From: the human T2T-CHM13v2.0 reference genome, Homo sapiens
DNA length: 64,000 nt
Direction: 5' to 3' (one strand)
Assembly (NCBI RefSeq): GCF_009914755.1
Contig: NC_060932.1
Each line of letters begins with the position of its first letter. Position 1 is the first letter of the stretch. The notes beneath the pieces were generated by a model. That model was not told where the DNA came from, made no database searches, and saw only the letters and a list, made by a program, of their open reading frames with translations. The position numbers were made by a program, and so were the translations under genes. Shown piece after piece: positions 1 through 33,007 of the stretch.

Positions 1-214
1 ACCCGAAAACTCTCTCTTATCTAGTCACAGCCTTAATCTTGAACCCAAAGGCTTATCTACATCAGGGCCAGCTATGACTCATTCTAATCCAGAGATCTAT
101 GAACTAAAAAGACAGGTTATCTGTTTTATGTCGGGGGTTCCCCAGAACACCCCCATGTTTGGTTATTAGCTGGAAGGACTCACAAGTTTCAGAATGAAGT
201 TGTATTTACAGCTA

Positions 215-553
<339 letters not shown>

Positions 554-902
554 TAATATAAAACAAAATCAGCAAAGGGAAAAGGCCTATTTTGGTGAAA
601 TCTGCAAGAAACCAGGCATAGGCTTCCAAATTTCCACTCCAACAGAGTCACACAGGATGGGCCTGATTCCTTCAGCATCAAATTGTGACATTTGTAAAGT
701 TTTATCTACCAGGGAAGCTCATTAGTGACTCAGTGCTCAGGGTTTTTACTGGGGGCTGGTCATGTAGGTATCCTCTGCCTACCATGTCCCAAAATTCTTG
801 ACTCCCAGAAAGAAAGCATAAACTACATTGTTTGTACAAAGAGGATAGGCACTGTTATCAGTTAGAGAATGGTGGGAACTCTCCTGAAATTGAAGTTCCT
901 AG

Positions 903-1200
<298 letters not shown>

Positions 1201-1895
1201 GCAAGCAGGCCTTTCTCAGGAAAGCGGTCTCAGGCCTGCTGTGTTAACTCTTTTCTGCACATCCCCCCACTCTCAGTATACACTGTTGGACAGGGACAGG
1301 ATATCCCCTTACTCTGGGATAAGGAATCTGTTGTGTTTATGCCCCAGTTGTGTTCCTGGGGAATTGTTTTCCAGTTCATTGTTTTCCATGGTCCTTGATT
1401 TTACACTCTAGAGATCTTTTCTCTTCCATTTTCCTCTATAACCATATCTAAAGATGGGTTTGGAGAATGTGTCATCCTTAAGGGCTAAACAGCTTTCTCA
1501 GATTGCTTGCTCTGCACTAAAAGTTGAGGCCTATATATAAATTTGCTCAAGATAAAAGCTGTGGGTAATCTACAAATCTAGGTGAGGGGCTGGCCGCAAG
1601 AAAACTATATTTGGGAGCTGGAAAAATGAAGATCTATATTATATCATGACAAAACATTTGATAATACTGTTTCCTGTGAACAGTTGACAATACTATTTTT
1701 TTCTATCATTTTAGGTAATGAGATTGCAAAACAGAATGTTACTAGAGTGCCTTTGTTATTAACATCTGCATTTGACTACAGGAAAGAGATCTGGGTTTAG
1801 AATAGAATTGGACTATTTGTAAGTGGGAATAAAGAAGAAAATAGAGAATCCCAAAATTCTGGGACTTGTAATGTTGAAGTGAGAACAGTTTATTA

Positions 1896-2930
<1,035 letters not shown>

Positions 2931-3336
2931 CTACAAAAATATATTTTCAGGGTAGAAAATGTGGAAAGTAGAGAAAAAAAAACCAAAACTGCATCCATAA
3001 TTTCAGTAGATATAAATACTCTTAAAATTTTGGCATAAGTGTGGCTTTTTTCTATGTACTTATAGTTTTTTTTTTCACTTTTTGTGAAATTGAATCCTGC
3101 ATTTTTTTCTCAACATATCATTGGCTTTTTTATGTGCATTAAATATTACTTAACTGTGTTCTATATTCTGATAGTGACATTTCATAATCTGTTTTTAATT
3201 TTGTGTGCCTGATCACCATTTTACAAATGAAGGGACTGGGGCACATAGAAGTTATCTGATTAGGCTGGTTTGTGACTAACAACTTAAAGTCAGATCCTTT
3301 ACTTTTTGATTTTCAAACTAAAATGGTTGTATTTTA

Positions 3337-4097
<761 letters not shown>

Positions 4098-4413
4098 TAG
4101 AAATTGGTTGAATATACTTTTTATAATAGTTCCTGATAAGTAGGATTAATTTGTCATTGTCTAAGCCTTAATGAAAAAAACAAACCCAAGAAATCCATTT
4201 AGAAATTTCTAAGTGCTTTTGCCAAACTGCCACCCTAGATTACTTTTCTTACTAGTTTTTATAGTTCATATTGTCTCAACATTGCTTTAATGATTTCATA
4301 TATTTTTTCAGGTATGCTTGTGTAGCATAATAGTAATAGCAAATATTTGCTGAGCTCTTAACTGTATGTCAGGAACCATGCCAGATGCTTTACACATGCT
4401 ACTGGTAACAGAA

Positions 4414-7322
<2,909 letters not shown>

Positions 7323-7624
7323 CCTAATGTCTTTTTTCTGTCCCAGTATCCCATCCACAATACCACATGACATTTGGTTATTATGTCTGTTAAGCTCCTC
7401 TTGGCTTTGATACTTTCTCAAGCTCTTGTTTTTGATGACCTTGACAGTTTGAGAGATATATTTATAGGATGCCCCTCTGTTGGAATTTATCTGATGCTTT
7501 TCTCACAATTAGACTCGAGTTGTGGGTTTTGGGGACAAAGACCATAGAGGTAGAATGCCATTTTTAATTACATCATATCAAGGGTACATATTACCTTTTC
7601 ATTACTTTTAATATACTTTTTCAG

Positions 7625-7749
7625 ATGTATTATTTCAACGCTTTGCAAAGATTTTCATTGGCTGTCTTGCAGCGGTTACTAGTGGTATGATGTATGCTCT
7701 CTACTTATCAGCATACCATGAACGGAAATTCTGGTTTTCCAACAGGCAG
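7625..7749 (+). CDS. DPY19L4: DPY19L4 exon 3 (125 nt)
   Basis: tttttcag|ATGTATTA...AACAGGCAG|gtaaga; encodes (H)[10 protein letters not shown]...KFWFSNRQ. Confidence 0.95.
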
Positions 7750-8496
7750 GTAAGAAGAAAGAATTTTGAGCATATGAAAGTTATTTTCCCAGGGAACCAG
7801 AATGTATGTATGATAAGTATGACAAGTGCTGTCTTATTTATGGCTATTAGGAACAAAATGCTCCAGAAGCTGTTTTGAGAATATAGTTACAGTATCAACC
7901 TTAAAATACTAATAGTGTATTTCATAGAATAAAACTATGAGGGTGCTCCCCTTTCTGCAATTAACTTATCAGGGACTTTTGATGACAGTGAAATGTTATG
8001 GAGTTTAGTCAGCCTTTTCATAGTTTTGATAGATAGTTCACATTTCAGAAACAATCTGTGGAAGTTTTAGTATTAAAATATTTTAATTTTTAGATCACAT
8101 GATTAGAATGTTTTTGAGGGTGTTGAAAGGGATTAACAGGCATCACATAGTATTAAGATTTTGTCTCATATTACTGTGTTTAGTGTTTGGTTTTCAATCA
8201 TGTATATTTCCACAGATTCTTCAGTCACTATAGTTGTATTCATAATTTCATAGTTTGACTTTTGAATAAGTTTGTTTGCAAAGTCCTCTTGGCTTTGTAG
8301 AGTTTTTTAATTTTTGAGCCCAAACTGGGTTTTTTGTTTTTCTTATTTTTTAGTCAAGCTGACTGAGTATTTTAAAGCAATTGGTTTAATTAACACCATC
8401 AAGACATTTAACTGAGTAATTACTGACTATATCTGTCTTGATTTAGCTATTACTGTAGCATATATTATTTCCCTGAAAATGTTATGCAGATTAACT

Positions 8497-8850
8497 GCAG
8501 TTCTCAACAATGGATATATGATAGAATCATCTAGGGAGCTTTCAAAGATAACCTCCCTCTCAGATTCTTAGGTAGGGGCAGTGGGACAGGCTGCGATCAG
8601 TATGTTGATAAATATTTTCAGGTGATTATGTTGTATAGGCAGAACTGAGAATAACCAAAGCTTTGAAAATTAGAAGGCCTTCATTAAGAACTTTGTTTTA
8701 CAAAGCTTTGCGTATGGGTCAGGAGCATTGGCAGAATCTGGGAGCTTTTTCAGAATCATAGACTCTCAGACCCCACTTTAAAATCCGAATCTACAGTTTA
8801 ATAAGGTCTCCAGGTGTTTCATATACCCAGTAGATTTGAGAAGCACTGAT
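8497..8850. mobile_element. MER5-family (hAT-Charlie) fragments
   Basis: cagttctcaa...agaatcatctagggagct and ...tttgagaagcactg ends. Confidence 0.55.
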
Positions 8851-8936
8851 TGAGAGTTTACATCTTTGAAATCTTAGAAACAAGTATTTGCATTCATAAA
8901 AAAAATTTTAAAGTAATTTATTTAGGTCAGTAAGCT

Positions 8937-9309
8937 CTTAGTTCATTCAGGCTGCTATAACAAAGTACCATAAGCTTATAAACAACAGAATGGCTTGTAA
9001 ACAACAGAAATTTATTTCTCACAGTTCTGGAGGCTGAAAAGTCCTAGATCAAGGCATGGGCAGATTTGGTGTCTGGTGAGGGCTTGCTTCCTGGTTTATA
9101 GCAGGGATCATCTTGCTGCATCCTCACATGGTGGAAGCAGCAAGGGATCGCTGTGGGGCCTCTTTTATAAGGACATTAATCCCATTCTTGAGGGAACTGC
9201 CCTCATGACCTAATCACCTCCCAGACATCCCACTTCCAAATATCTTCTCATTGGGTATTAGGTTTCACCATATGTATTTTAGGAGGACACATGTATTCAG
9301 ATCACAGCA
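8937..9309 (-). mobile_element. MLT1A-like MaLR solo LTR
   Basis: ttcaggctgctataacaaagtaccata...aaacaacagaaatttatttctcacagttctggaggctg...attcagatcacagca. Confidence 0.8.
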
Positions 9310-10171
9310 AACTCAAGATGGGGAAAAATAGATCTGAAAAGACTTCCTCTTGGAGAGTCACAATATATAAGATATACTGAAACTCTGAAAAGTCTTACAA
9401 TAAAGCTGTTTGATTTTGTTTAATCTAGTCTTTCTCAAAACTTATTTAACTACAGAATTCTTTTTTGGTAACATCCGTTAACATTTTAGGAAGTTCTGTT
9501 GATCAAACTTTGTGAAAAGTGCTCTAATATTTTTATTTTTGTATTAATTGATACATATTATGCATAAAAATAATTCATTTGATTTTAAAAGATTATAGAT
9601 TCATAAAATTTTGATTCAGTCTAAAAAGCACAAAGCCTCCTAAGGTGATTTTTACTATTATATTCTTAGTTCTATTAGCCTGATTGTAGGAATTTTAAGA
9701 TTTGCTGTACCTCTGGAAGTTCATGTGAAGAGCACTGATTAAGTATCTGCTGCTCTTGCAAAGTACTAATTAAAGACTTGCTGTTCTGCATACATAGAGA
9801 TGTGGAACAGTAATAGAAAATATGACTTTCTCCTTAAACTTGTCTTTTTATTATGGACTTCTAACACTTCAAATATCATTTGTTATTGCCTCTCTCACTA
9901 TTCTTGCTATTCTTAGGGCATGTCTTGTGGTTTTCCTTCTAGATTTTCCGGATATATGTTATATATAACAAGTGATGACTTGTGATTTACAATTCATTTT
10001 AAACCTTAATGTTTCATTAAAATTATTGCCAGATTACTAAAAAGTTAAGTTCCTCATTAATGGGGCCACTAGTAATTAAAGAAAATTCAAACATGTCTTT
10101 GAATAAAAAGGATAAATATTATTAATATGTTAATTTGGAAGGTGAGGAGGGAGACAGAAGATTGAGGCTGA

Positions 10172-11328
<1,157 letters not shown>

Positions 11329-11363
11329 ATTAAATTTTAAATAATAATTTCATTTTCTTTTAG

Positions 11364-11454
11364 GAGCTTGAACGGGAAATCACGTTTCAGGGTGACAGTG
11401 CCATTTATTACTCCTATTATAAAGATATGTTAAAGGCACCTTCATTTGAAAGAG
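11364..11454 (+). CDS. DPY19L4: DPY19L4 exon 4 (91 nt)
   Basis: ttttag|GAGCTT...GAAAGAG|gtatga; [30 protein letters not shown]. Confidence 0.95.
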
Positions 11455-11494
11455 GTATGATAATCACAGTTATATTTTTAATAACAGTATTTTC

Positions 11495-11805
11495 CTTTTT
11501 CTTTTCTTTTCTTTTTTTTTTTTTTCCGAGACGGAGTCTTGCTCTGTCACCCAGGCTGGAGTGCAGTGGTGCGATCTTGGCTCACTGTAACCTCTGCCTC
11601 CCGGTTCAGGCAATTCTCCTGCCTCAGCCTCCCTAGTAGCTGGGATTAAAGGCATGCACCACCATGCCCGGCTAATTTTTGTATACTTAGTAGAGACGGG
11701 GTTTCACCATGTTGGCCAGGCTGGTCTCGAACTCTTGACCTCATGATCTGCCCGCCTCAGCCTCCCAAAGTGCTGGGATTACAGGTGTGAACCACTGCGC
11801 CCGGC
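11495..11805 (-). mobile_element. AluS just downstream of exon 4
   Basis: Poly-T followed by a full antisense Alu. Confidence 0.9.
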
Positions 11806-11879
11806 TGTAATATCAATATTTTTCTTAAATAAAACTTTGTTCTTCTATTTTAGAACCTTTCCTCCTCCTTTTATTTTTA

Positions 11880-12200
11880 CTTTACATGTAGTAATTGTGC
11901 ATATTTATGGGGAGTGATATTTTGATATTATACACAATGTATAATGATCAAATCAGGGTAGTTAGTATATCCATCACATTGGACATATATCACTTCCTTG
12001 TGTTATGAATATCCCAAATCAACTCTCAGCTTTTTGAAAATATACACTAAATTGTTGTTAACCATATTCATTCTATAGTACTACAGAATACTAGAAGTTA
12101 TTTTTCCTATCTAGCTGTAATTTTGTATCCATTAACCAGTCTCTCCCTATCCTCCCCTCCCCTCTACTCTTCCCAGCCTCTGATAACTTCTATTCTGCTA
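11880..12200 (-). mobile_element. L1MA/MB 3' end fragment
   Basis: ataatgatcaaatcagggtagttagtatatccatcac...ctagctgtaattttgtatccattaaccagtctctccc. Confidence 0.7.
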
Positions 12201-12407
12201 TATTGGGACCTTTCAATGTGGGGATTTGTCTCAGGATATAGATATTTCTCTTTATTGTGCTAAATTTTTAAAAAATGGAAAATGCAGCATGGAGTATTCT
12301 ATTTGGGATCTTTCTTGATAACAATATTAAATATTTAAGGACTAATGACATGTTTAATTACTGTGAAGCAGAATAAATAATCTGGAGAAAAATCTTTCTG
12401 TCTTTAG

Positions 12408-12529
12408 GTGTTTACGAACTGACACACAATAACAAAACTGTATCTCTGAAGACTATAAATGCAGTGCAGCAAATGTCTCTGTATCCGGAACTTATTGCTA
12501 GCATTTTATATCAAGCCACTGGTAGCAAT
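12408..12529 (+). CDS. DPY19L4: DPY19L4 exon 5 (122 nt)
   Basis: tctttag|GTGTTTAC...AGCAAT|gtatgt; (G)[40 protein letters not shown]. Confidence 0.95.
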
Positions 12530-12639
12530 GTATGTATTTTTCGTTGGACCCTAATATTTATTTTCTCATGTATTCATGAATCCTCAAATTATTTAATGCC
12601 ATCCTATTGTCTTGTTCTCTTTCTGTTTTTTCCACATAG

Positions 12640-12785
12640 GAGATTATTGAGCCAGTGTATTTCTATATTGGCATTGTTTTTGGATTGCAAGGAATATATG
12701 TTACTGCTTTATTTGTTACAAGTTGGCTTATGAGTGGAACATGGCTAGCAGGAATGCTTACTGTTGCGTGGTTCGTTATTAACAG
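12640..12785 (+). CDS. DPY19L4: DPY19L4 exon 6 (146 nt)
   Basis: cacatag|GAGATT...AACAG|gtaaga after a 110-nt intron; [18 protein letters not shown]...AWFVIN. Confidence 0.95.
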
Positions 12786-12828
12786 GTAAGAAAGCTGTTT
12801 TAATTGATTTTTAAAAACTTTTTGTGGC

Positions 12829-13260
12829 TGTAGTAGTCAGAGTTCTGAAAATGCCTCCCCTCCCCAACAGTCCTCACTCTAATCCTCAGAACCTATGAAT
12901 ATGATGAGATGCCATTCCCATGATTATGATACTTTGTATAGCACATTAGACAGATTGGAAAGATTACCCTGTGGGCCTGGTCTAATCACGTGAGCCCTTA
13001 AAACCAAAGTGCTTTCTCTAGCCTGTGTAGAAAGAGAGATCAGAGGATTTTCTGCACCACTGCAGGCATGAAGCAAGGAGGAAATGAATTCTGCTAGTAG
13101 CCAATGATATTGTAAGAGGACTACAAGCCCCTGATGAAAACTGTAGCTCTGGCCGATGCCTTGATTTTAGCTTAGGGATACTGAGCAGAGCATCCAGCCA
13201 TACTCTGCTGGCCTTTGTGAGATAATAAATTTGTGTTGTTTTATGCCACTATATGCAAAA
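12829..13260 (+). mobile_element. MLT1-family MaLR LTR
   Basis: agattaccctgtgggcctggtctaatcacgtgagcccttaaaa...gtgagataataaatttgtgttgtttt. Confidence 0.7.
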
Positions 13261-13354
13261 ATTGAGACATAATATGCCAGCATATTCTTTTGGATCTTTT
13301 TCTTTTTTTATTCATCCTAATCCTTAGAATCTGAATTTTGGGTCTTCTAGGTGA

Positions 13355-13749
<395 letters not shown>

Positions 13750-13799
13750 GCAATACTGTTTTTTTTATGCTGCTTTCTCTATTCAACTGTCACTGCCTT

Positions 13800-14950
13800 T
13801 CCATTTCTATAACTTTTTATCTTATCTAATACCCAGACCTTATTACAGTTTCCCTGGTTGACCCTAAAATACTCTATATAGCTGATTTATCCAAATCAGG
13901 ATTTAATCCAGGACTCCATAGTGCATCTGGTTGTTATGTTCCTTAATACTCTGTAAATCTAACATAGTCCCCCTTTTTATGTTGAAGAGACTAAGTCTTG
14001 TTGCATCCTGTGGTGTCATTTAGCTTTTACCTTTATCTCCTGTGTTTCTGTAATCTGAAAGTTATGTGTAAAGGCTTGATGGGTTCAAAATAAACAGTTC
14101 TGGTTGAAATATATGGTAGATTATATATTTTTCATGTTCCATGACAGTAGAAATTATAGTTAATTGATCAACCCCTAGTGAAGCTGAGATTGACTACTGG
14201 TTTGGGGGAATGGCAGTCAGATCTCTCCATTGAATAGTTATGTTTTTCTCTAATAACTGGAGAATAATCTGTGTGGCGTTTTTTAGCACCAAATGAATGT
14301 CCTTTTTACCATTAAGCATTTACCTAACAGTTGTAACACCAGTTTGTAACCTTTGCCTTAAAGTAGTAATTTTATTAGGTTTTATAAAATTATATTTTTC
14401 TATTTTCATTAGCTACATTCTTCATTCTTCAAAAGTAGAATTTTTCCTCATTAACCAGGGCTTTTTGGTTACCTTCAAGTCACTATTAGAAAGTGAAGAC
14501 AAATGCTTAATTTCAATTTACCAATTTCTAAATAAGAGATTAATTTAATAGCTTTCTCAGTGACAAAAACCTTTGATTCTGGTGTTCTCTTTTCTAAGCA
14601 TCTTTCTGTACTTATGGATTTTTATTGATTCAGTGATTCATTTTAATTGATTTCATTGATTCAGAACATTTTGATCAATGTTCTTCTGTTGCTCAAATTG
14701 TCACACCCTTGGTTAATAGGAGTACCTTTCAGGCCGGCTCCTGAGTTCTTTTGACACAACTTTGTTAATCTTTGAAAGCTTTCTTGTTTTCTGGCTCAAC
14801 AAGGTGAGTAGGTTTGCACTTTTGCTGCAGAAGATTTGTAAATAGCCATTTCTCATTGGCGCTTTGGTTCCTTTTAGTATAGAATGGAATTAGAAAATCC
14901 AGTCTGGCAACTAGGAGGACAAGATGATTTTTTGTTATGTCAGAAAGTGC
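13800..14950 (-). mobile_element. Degraded L1M fragment(s)
   Basis: atccaggactccatagtgcatctggttgttatgt and gctcaaattgtcacaccc...ggctcctgagttcttttgacac resemble old L1 3' UTR. Confidence 0.5.
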
Positions 14951-15070
14951 CTGTTACAGGACATTTTGAGTTGCTGTGTACTTTTCTAAAATTCTATTAG
15001 GATTTATTTTTAGAAAGACAGAAAGTTATAATAATACTCATAGACTAGGTTTAGAAAATCTTATATTTTA

Positions 15071-17577
<2,507 letters not shown>

Positions 17578-18754
17578 TTCAATTAACTTTGCTATTAATT
17601 TCATGTAATCCCTATATCTGTCTTCATATTTGAAGAGGAAAAGATACTTTCTCATGTAAACATAATGGTTTTAAAGAATAAGACTCTCTTATGCTACTTA
17701 AACAAAAGAATAAGACTCTCTTTAGAGATCTTAGTGAGAATTGTAAGAAATAAAATAAACAGAAGTCTGACTGCCTTATTTGATGTCACTGATGTATGTT
17801 GTATTGCTGGAGTAGAAGTTAAATAGAAAAATTGACCTGGTATATTCTACTCAAATGTATCTTTTGACAATTGAAATGTTCTTAATAGCTAAGTTTTAAA
17901 AAATGCGTTTGTTTGCTTTTTGTTTATATTTTATTGGTATGTATCTTGTACTGCAAAATACATTTTAATGCCATGAAAGAATATGCTGTCTCTTTATTCA
18001 TCAGCTTTATAGCTTTTATTTATATATGACTTCTTAGAAAAGTATAAAAAGATATTAAAGTCATTCCATTATATTATGATTATTCGTGTTCTTAATGGTA
18101 TTTTATGTTACTTGTTCCTTAACACTGGAAGGGGAAAGCAGGGTTATAAAATCGTTCCTGTTTGTTCAAACTAAAAGGTGTAGGTATACTAGAAAATTCA
18201 AAGAGATTTCAGGAAACGGCACTGTACAGATAGGGGGAAAAAATCAGAGGTGAGTGACTCCCTTTGAAGACTTGCCACCAAAATGGACTGACAGAGTCCA
18301 GGTTCCACGTAGAAGCAATGTGGAAATTGTCTTGTTCCCCATGATCTTCTCATCTACAAATACATACCTAGGTTTCACTTTCAGGGGAAACATCTTTATA
18401 TTTGAGGAGTGCTGAAAATATGTTTGATTAAAAGTCTGTATTAAATTTAATCTTTGGCAAAAAAGCAACTGTACATTGTAACATTGTACAGTTGTACAAT
18501 GGTAACAATTAAGGAATAAGATGCAAGGAAATGTACATGTCCCAGAGATACAATTGGCAGACAATAATGGAACACATGATACTGATTCTGTGGTGATGAT
18601 GTTGGTATACTCAGGCTGCTGGTGGAGATATAAGTTTTTTCAATTTTAGGGAGCAGTTTCTCCCAGGAATTCCGTTTTATTCCAAGGAAGTAATTCAAAA
18701 AGAAGGAAAGAGTTTGTTACTTGGATTTATGTATTGTAGCATTGTTTGTAATAA

Positions 18755-20853
<2,099 letters not shown>

Positions 20854-21594
20854 CTATACTATGATGTTTCTAAACATTAAAATGAAGACACGAAATTAAA
20901 CTCAAAGAGAAGTTGCAGAACCCTGTGAATGTATCAGCAGGTCTGTGGACTCCAAAATTGATCTAATTACTGTTTTGAACTGTTAGTTTGTGCTACAATC
21001 TGTCAGACTCTGCTACTGCAGGAAAAAAGTGGGTCTCATTTGATTTTGTCACCTCCCACTGTTAGCCTTCTGGTTCTTACTCCCACCACACATTGTCAGG
21101 GGAAGAGAGTGAGTAGCATAGGTGTCGAGGGAGGTGGTAAAGGGGAGGCTTGTCCAGGATGTCACTTGTGGGTGCAGGGAATGGCTGGCAGAGATCCTAC
21201 TCAGTTTGTGCAGCAGACACTGGAGAAGGATTCTTCCCATCTGTATTCCAGACACCTACCTTGTGTTTCTGGTGCAGAGTTTTAAAGATTTGACTGCACT
21301 AATATGTGAGTTGGGTAGGGGTGGTAGGTAAACCTTTGGGAACGGAACTACTGAGTTCAGCTTCCTGGTCCTGGGCTGATGGAGTGGTTGCTGGGGTCCT
21401 TCTGCCCCACCTCTTACCTTATGATATGTGAATTTCTTGTTTGTCTTTTAGAAAGTTACCTTTCAAAAAAATTTTTTGGGATAATATTATATGAAAATAG
21501 GTCATCTTTAGAACAGGGATTCCCAACTCCCAGGCCACAGACCAGTACCCATCAGAGGCCTGTTAGGAACCTGGCCTCACAGCAGGAGGTGAGT

Positions 21595-21652
21595 GGCAGC
21601 AGCAGCAGCAGTGACAATGATGATGATGATGACGATGATGATGATGATGACA
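21595..21652. repeat. Compound (GCA)n/(GAT)n microsatellite
   Basis: gcagcagcagcagcagtgacaatgatgatgatgatgacgatgatgatgatgatgac. Confidence 0.9.
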
Positions 21653-21879
21653 ACTGCAGATTTATCTGTATTTACTGCCACTCCCCATTGCTTGCATTAC
21701 TGCCTGAGCTCCGCCTCCTGTCAGATCAGCAGAGGCATTATATTCTCATAGGAGCACGAACCCTATTGTGAACTGCGCATTTGAGGGATCTAGGTTGTGT
21801 GCTCCTTATGAGAATCTAACTAATGCCTGATGATCTGAGGTGGAACAATTTCATCCCCAAACCATCTCCCCAACTCCCC

Positions 21880-22235
21880 TGTATTAGTCTGTTTTCACAC
21901 TGCTGATAAAGAAATACCTAAGACTGGGAAATTTACAAAAGAAAAAGGTTTAATGGACTCAGTTCCTTGTGGCTGGAGAGGCCTCACAATCATGGCAGAA
22001 GGTGAAAGGCACGTCTCACATGGTAGCAGACAAGAGAAGAGAGCTTATGCAGAGAAACTCCTCTTTATAAAACTATCAGATCTTGTGAGACTTATTCACT
22101 ATCACGAGAATAGCACGGGAAAGACTTGCCCCCATGATTCAATTACCTCCCACTGGCTCCCTCCCACAACACTTGGGAATTGTGGGAGCTACATTCAAGA
22201 TTAGATTTGGGTGGGAACACAGCCAAACCATATCA
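21880..22235 (-). mobile_element. THE1(B-like) MaLR solo LTR
   Basis: tgtattagtctgttttcacactgctgataaag...cacagccaaaccatatca, 356 bp, TG..CA ends. Confidence 0.9.
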
Positions 22236-22310
22236 CCCCACATCCACGGATTGTCTTCCAGAAAACCAGTCCCTGGTGCCAAAAAGGTTGGGGGCTGCTG
22301 CTTTAGAAGA

Positions 22311-22804
22311 TGTTGGGCACGGGAGTTCAATGTTGCAAAGAAATCAACATTGAGACAAAGGTCCCTCAGCAAGGCTAGTTTACTTTCTGCAGAAAGGGTG
22401 TACTCGGCAGCAGTCCAGCCACGAGAGCACACTGAACAAAGGAGTGGAGGACATTTATAACCTTTACATCCTGATGCAACCCCCTAGAGCTGTGTCCTGT
22501 TCCCATTGACTGGGATGGGACCTCACACTCTAAACTTAACTCGATTGGCGAATAATTTAAAACTTTCCTAAATAGGGAGAAGGGAAAGAGGACAAAGAAA
22601 AGAGGAAGTTAGTGATAAGAGGTCAGAGGGGTTTCCAAATAAGGAATGGCATGCATCCTAATTTGGGACTCATTTAGCCTTATCTCAACCTACCAGAACA
22701 AGTTGGAGCAGCCTTGGAATATACACATACAAACATTTAACCAGGGAATGATAAACCCTTTATGGATTAAGAAACTTTGAAGAAGAACTTCTCTATTCCC
22801 TACA
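22311..22804 (-). mobile_element. Solo ERV LTR, probably LTR22 family (HERV-K22/HML-5)
   Basis: TG..CA termini, 5-bp TSD gaaga; minus strand reads ctgcagaaagtaaactagccttgctgag (AGTAAA signal) and tataaat. Confidence 0.65.
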
Positions 22805-22949
22805 GAAGACATCATGTTCATTAAATGGTATTGGGACAACCAAATCTGGAAAATAAATCCTTATTGCACGTACATTAAGATAAATTTCAGATGGATTAAT
22901 GAGCTTAAACAATGAAATCAATAATTACTATATAAAAATATTGGTTCAT

Positions 22950-28082
<5,133 letters not shown>

Positions 28083-28607
28083 TGACATTCCTATATTTCT
28101 GATTCTGGGAATTTTCAAAAGTCTCTAAGTATATCACATATAAGACTGTGATATTAATTCTGGGGAACCTGCTGACTGAAAAGATTATTGAATTAGATAT
28201 CAAAAGATAAGCATTTTAATCCCAATTATGCCACCTACTAGCTGGATGGCTTTGATTAAGTTACCTTACATTTCTGAACTTCATACTCCTTTTGTAAAGG
28301 GGAATAAGAACTTTGGATCTACCATGCTGCTAATTATGCGGTGCAGATTGTACACTCTAGTGAAGGATAGCCATCTGGTTAAGGGAAGGGAGGGTGGGGC
28401 TGAAATCTGGGGTACTCTGTGCAACAAGCTGTGTACCTTAGCATGGGGTCTGTCCAGAGAAGGCATGCCTTCTTCAATCTCTCACAGAGGCCCATCTGTT
28501 TCACCAAGTAGTGCACAGTAGCTCTGCAGCTTCTTGGGGGCAGCGGGGGCTGGGGGTGAGACCCTATTAATTTGCTCAAAGATGCTGTATAGACAATGGT
28601 GGATCTG

Positions 28608-31115
<2,508 letters not shown>

Positions 31116-31259
31116 TAGAGTTTGGTATAGCAAAATGAACTGCCTAAGTTTCTTTATATTTATCTCTTTGTTTCTTTGAGACGTGGACTCGCTCTGTCAC
31201 CCAGACTGGAGTGCGGTGGCGTGATCTAGGCTTACTACATTTTTGACCCCTCACCCAGC

Positions 31260-31729
31260 TTCCCCCAGTAATATCTTGCATGACCATAATACCTTGTCAA
31301 AGTCAATAAATTGACATTGATATAATACTGTTAATTCAGGCACTGACTTTCTTCAGATTTCACCAGGTTTTACATATACTGCTTTTGTGGAAAGTGGGTG
31401 TATAGTCATATTAGTTGTTATCACACGTATAAATTTGAGTAACTGTCATCATAATCAAGACATAGAACTCTTCCGTCACCACTAAGAAAATCCTGTGTAC
31501 CTTAATAATCACATCCTTCCTGTAACCCAAACCTCTGGCAACCACTGATCTATTCTCTATCACTATAATTTTGTCACCTTGAAAGGTTATATAAATGGAA
31601 TCAAATCATGTAGTATGTAACCTTTTAAGATTAGCTTTTTTCACTCAGCCTAATAATGCCCTTGACATCCATGTGAGTTACTGTATGTGAATACTTTGCT
31701 CCTTGTCATCGCTGAGTAGTATTTTAGCA

Positions 31730-31730
<1 letters not shown>
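31260..31730 (-). mobile_element. L1M fragment(s)
   Basis: ctctggcaaccactgatctattctctatcactataattttgtc...ttatataaatggaatc. Confidence 0.65.

Positions 31731-33007
<1,277 letters not shown>

Larger units (their letters stand above)
21514..22300 (+). mobile_element. MER1B (hAT-Charlie) DNA transposon carrying a THE1 LTR and a triplet microsatellite
   Basis: Ends cagggattcccaac...aaaaaggttgggggctgctg; perfect 8-bp TSD ctttagaa (21506-21513 and 22301-22308). Confidence 0.88.

Noticed and set aside
7687-7878. Track ORFs overlapping exons (7687, 12464, 28993, 34704, 38113, 43368, 56634) as stand-alone genes
   Set aside because: They are DPY19L4 exons read through into introns.
18244-18698. Minus-strand ORFs in unique intron 6 sequence (possible processed pseudogene)
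   Set aside because: No recognisable protein in the frames I translated and no retrocopy hallmarks.
21379-21771. 130-aa ORF with Ser and poly-Asp tracts
   Set aside because: The tracts come from the (GCA)n/(GAT)n microsatellite in MER1B; no other coding signal.
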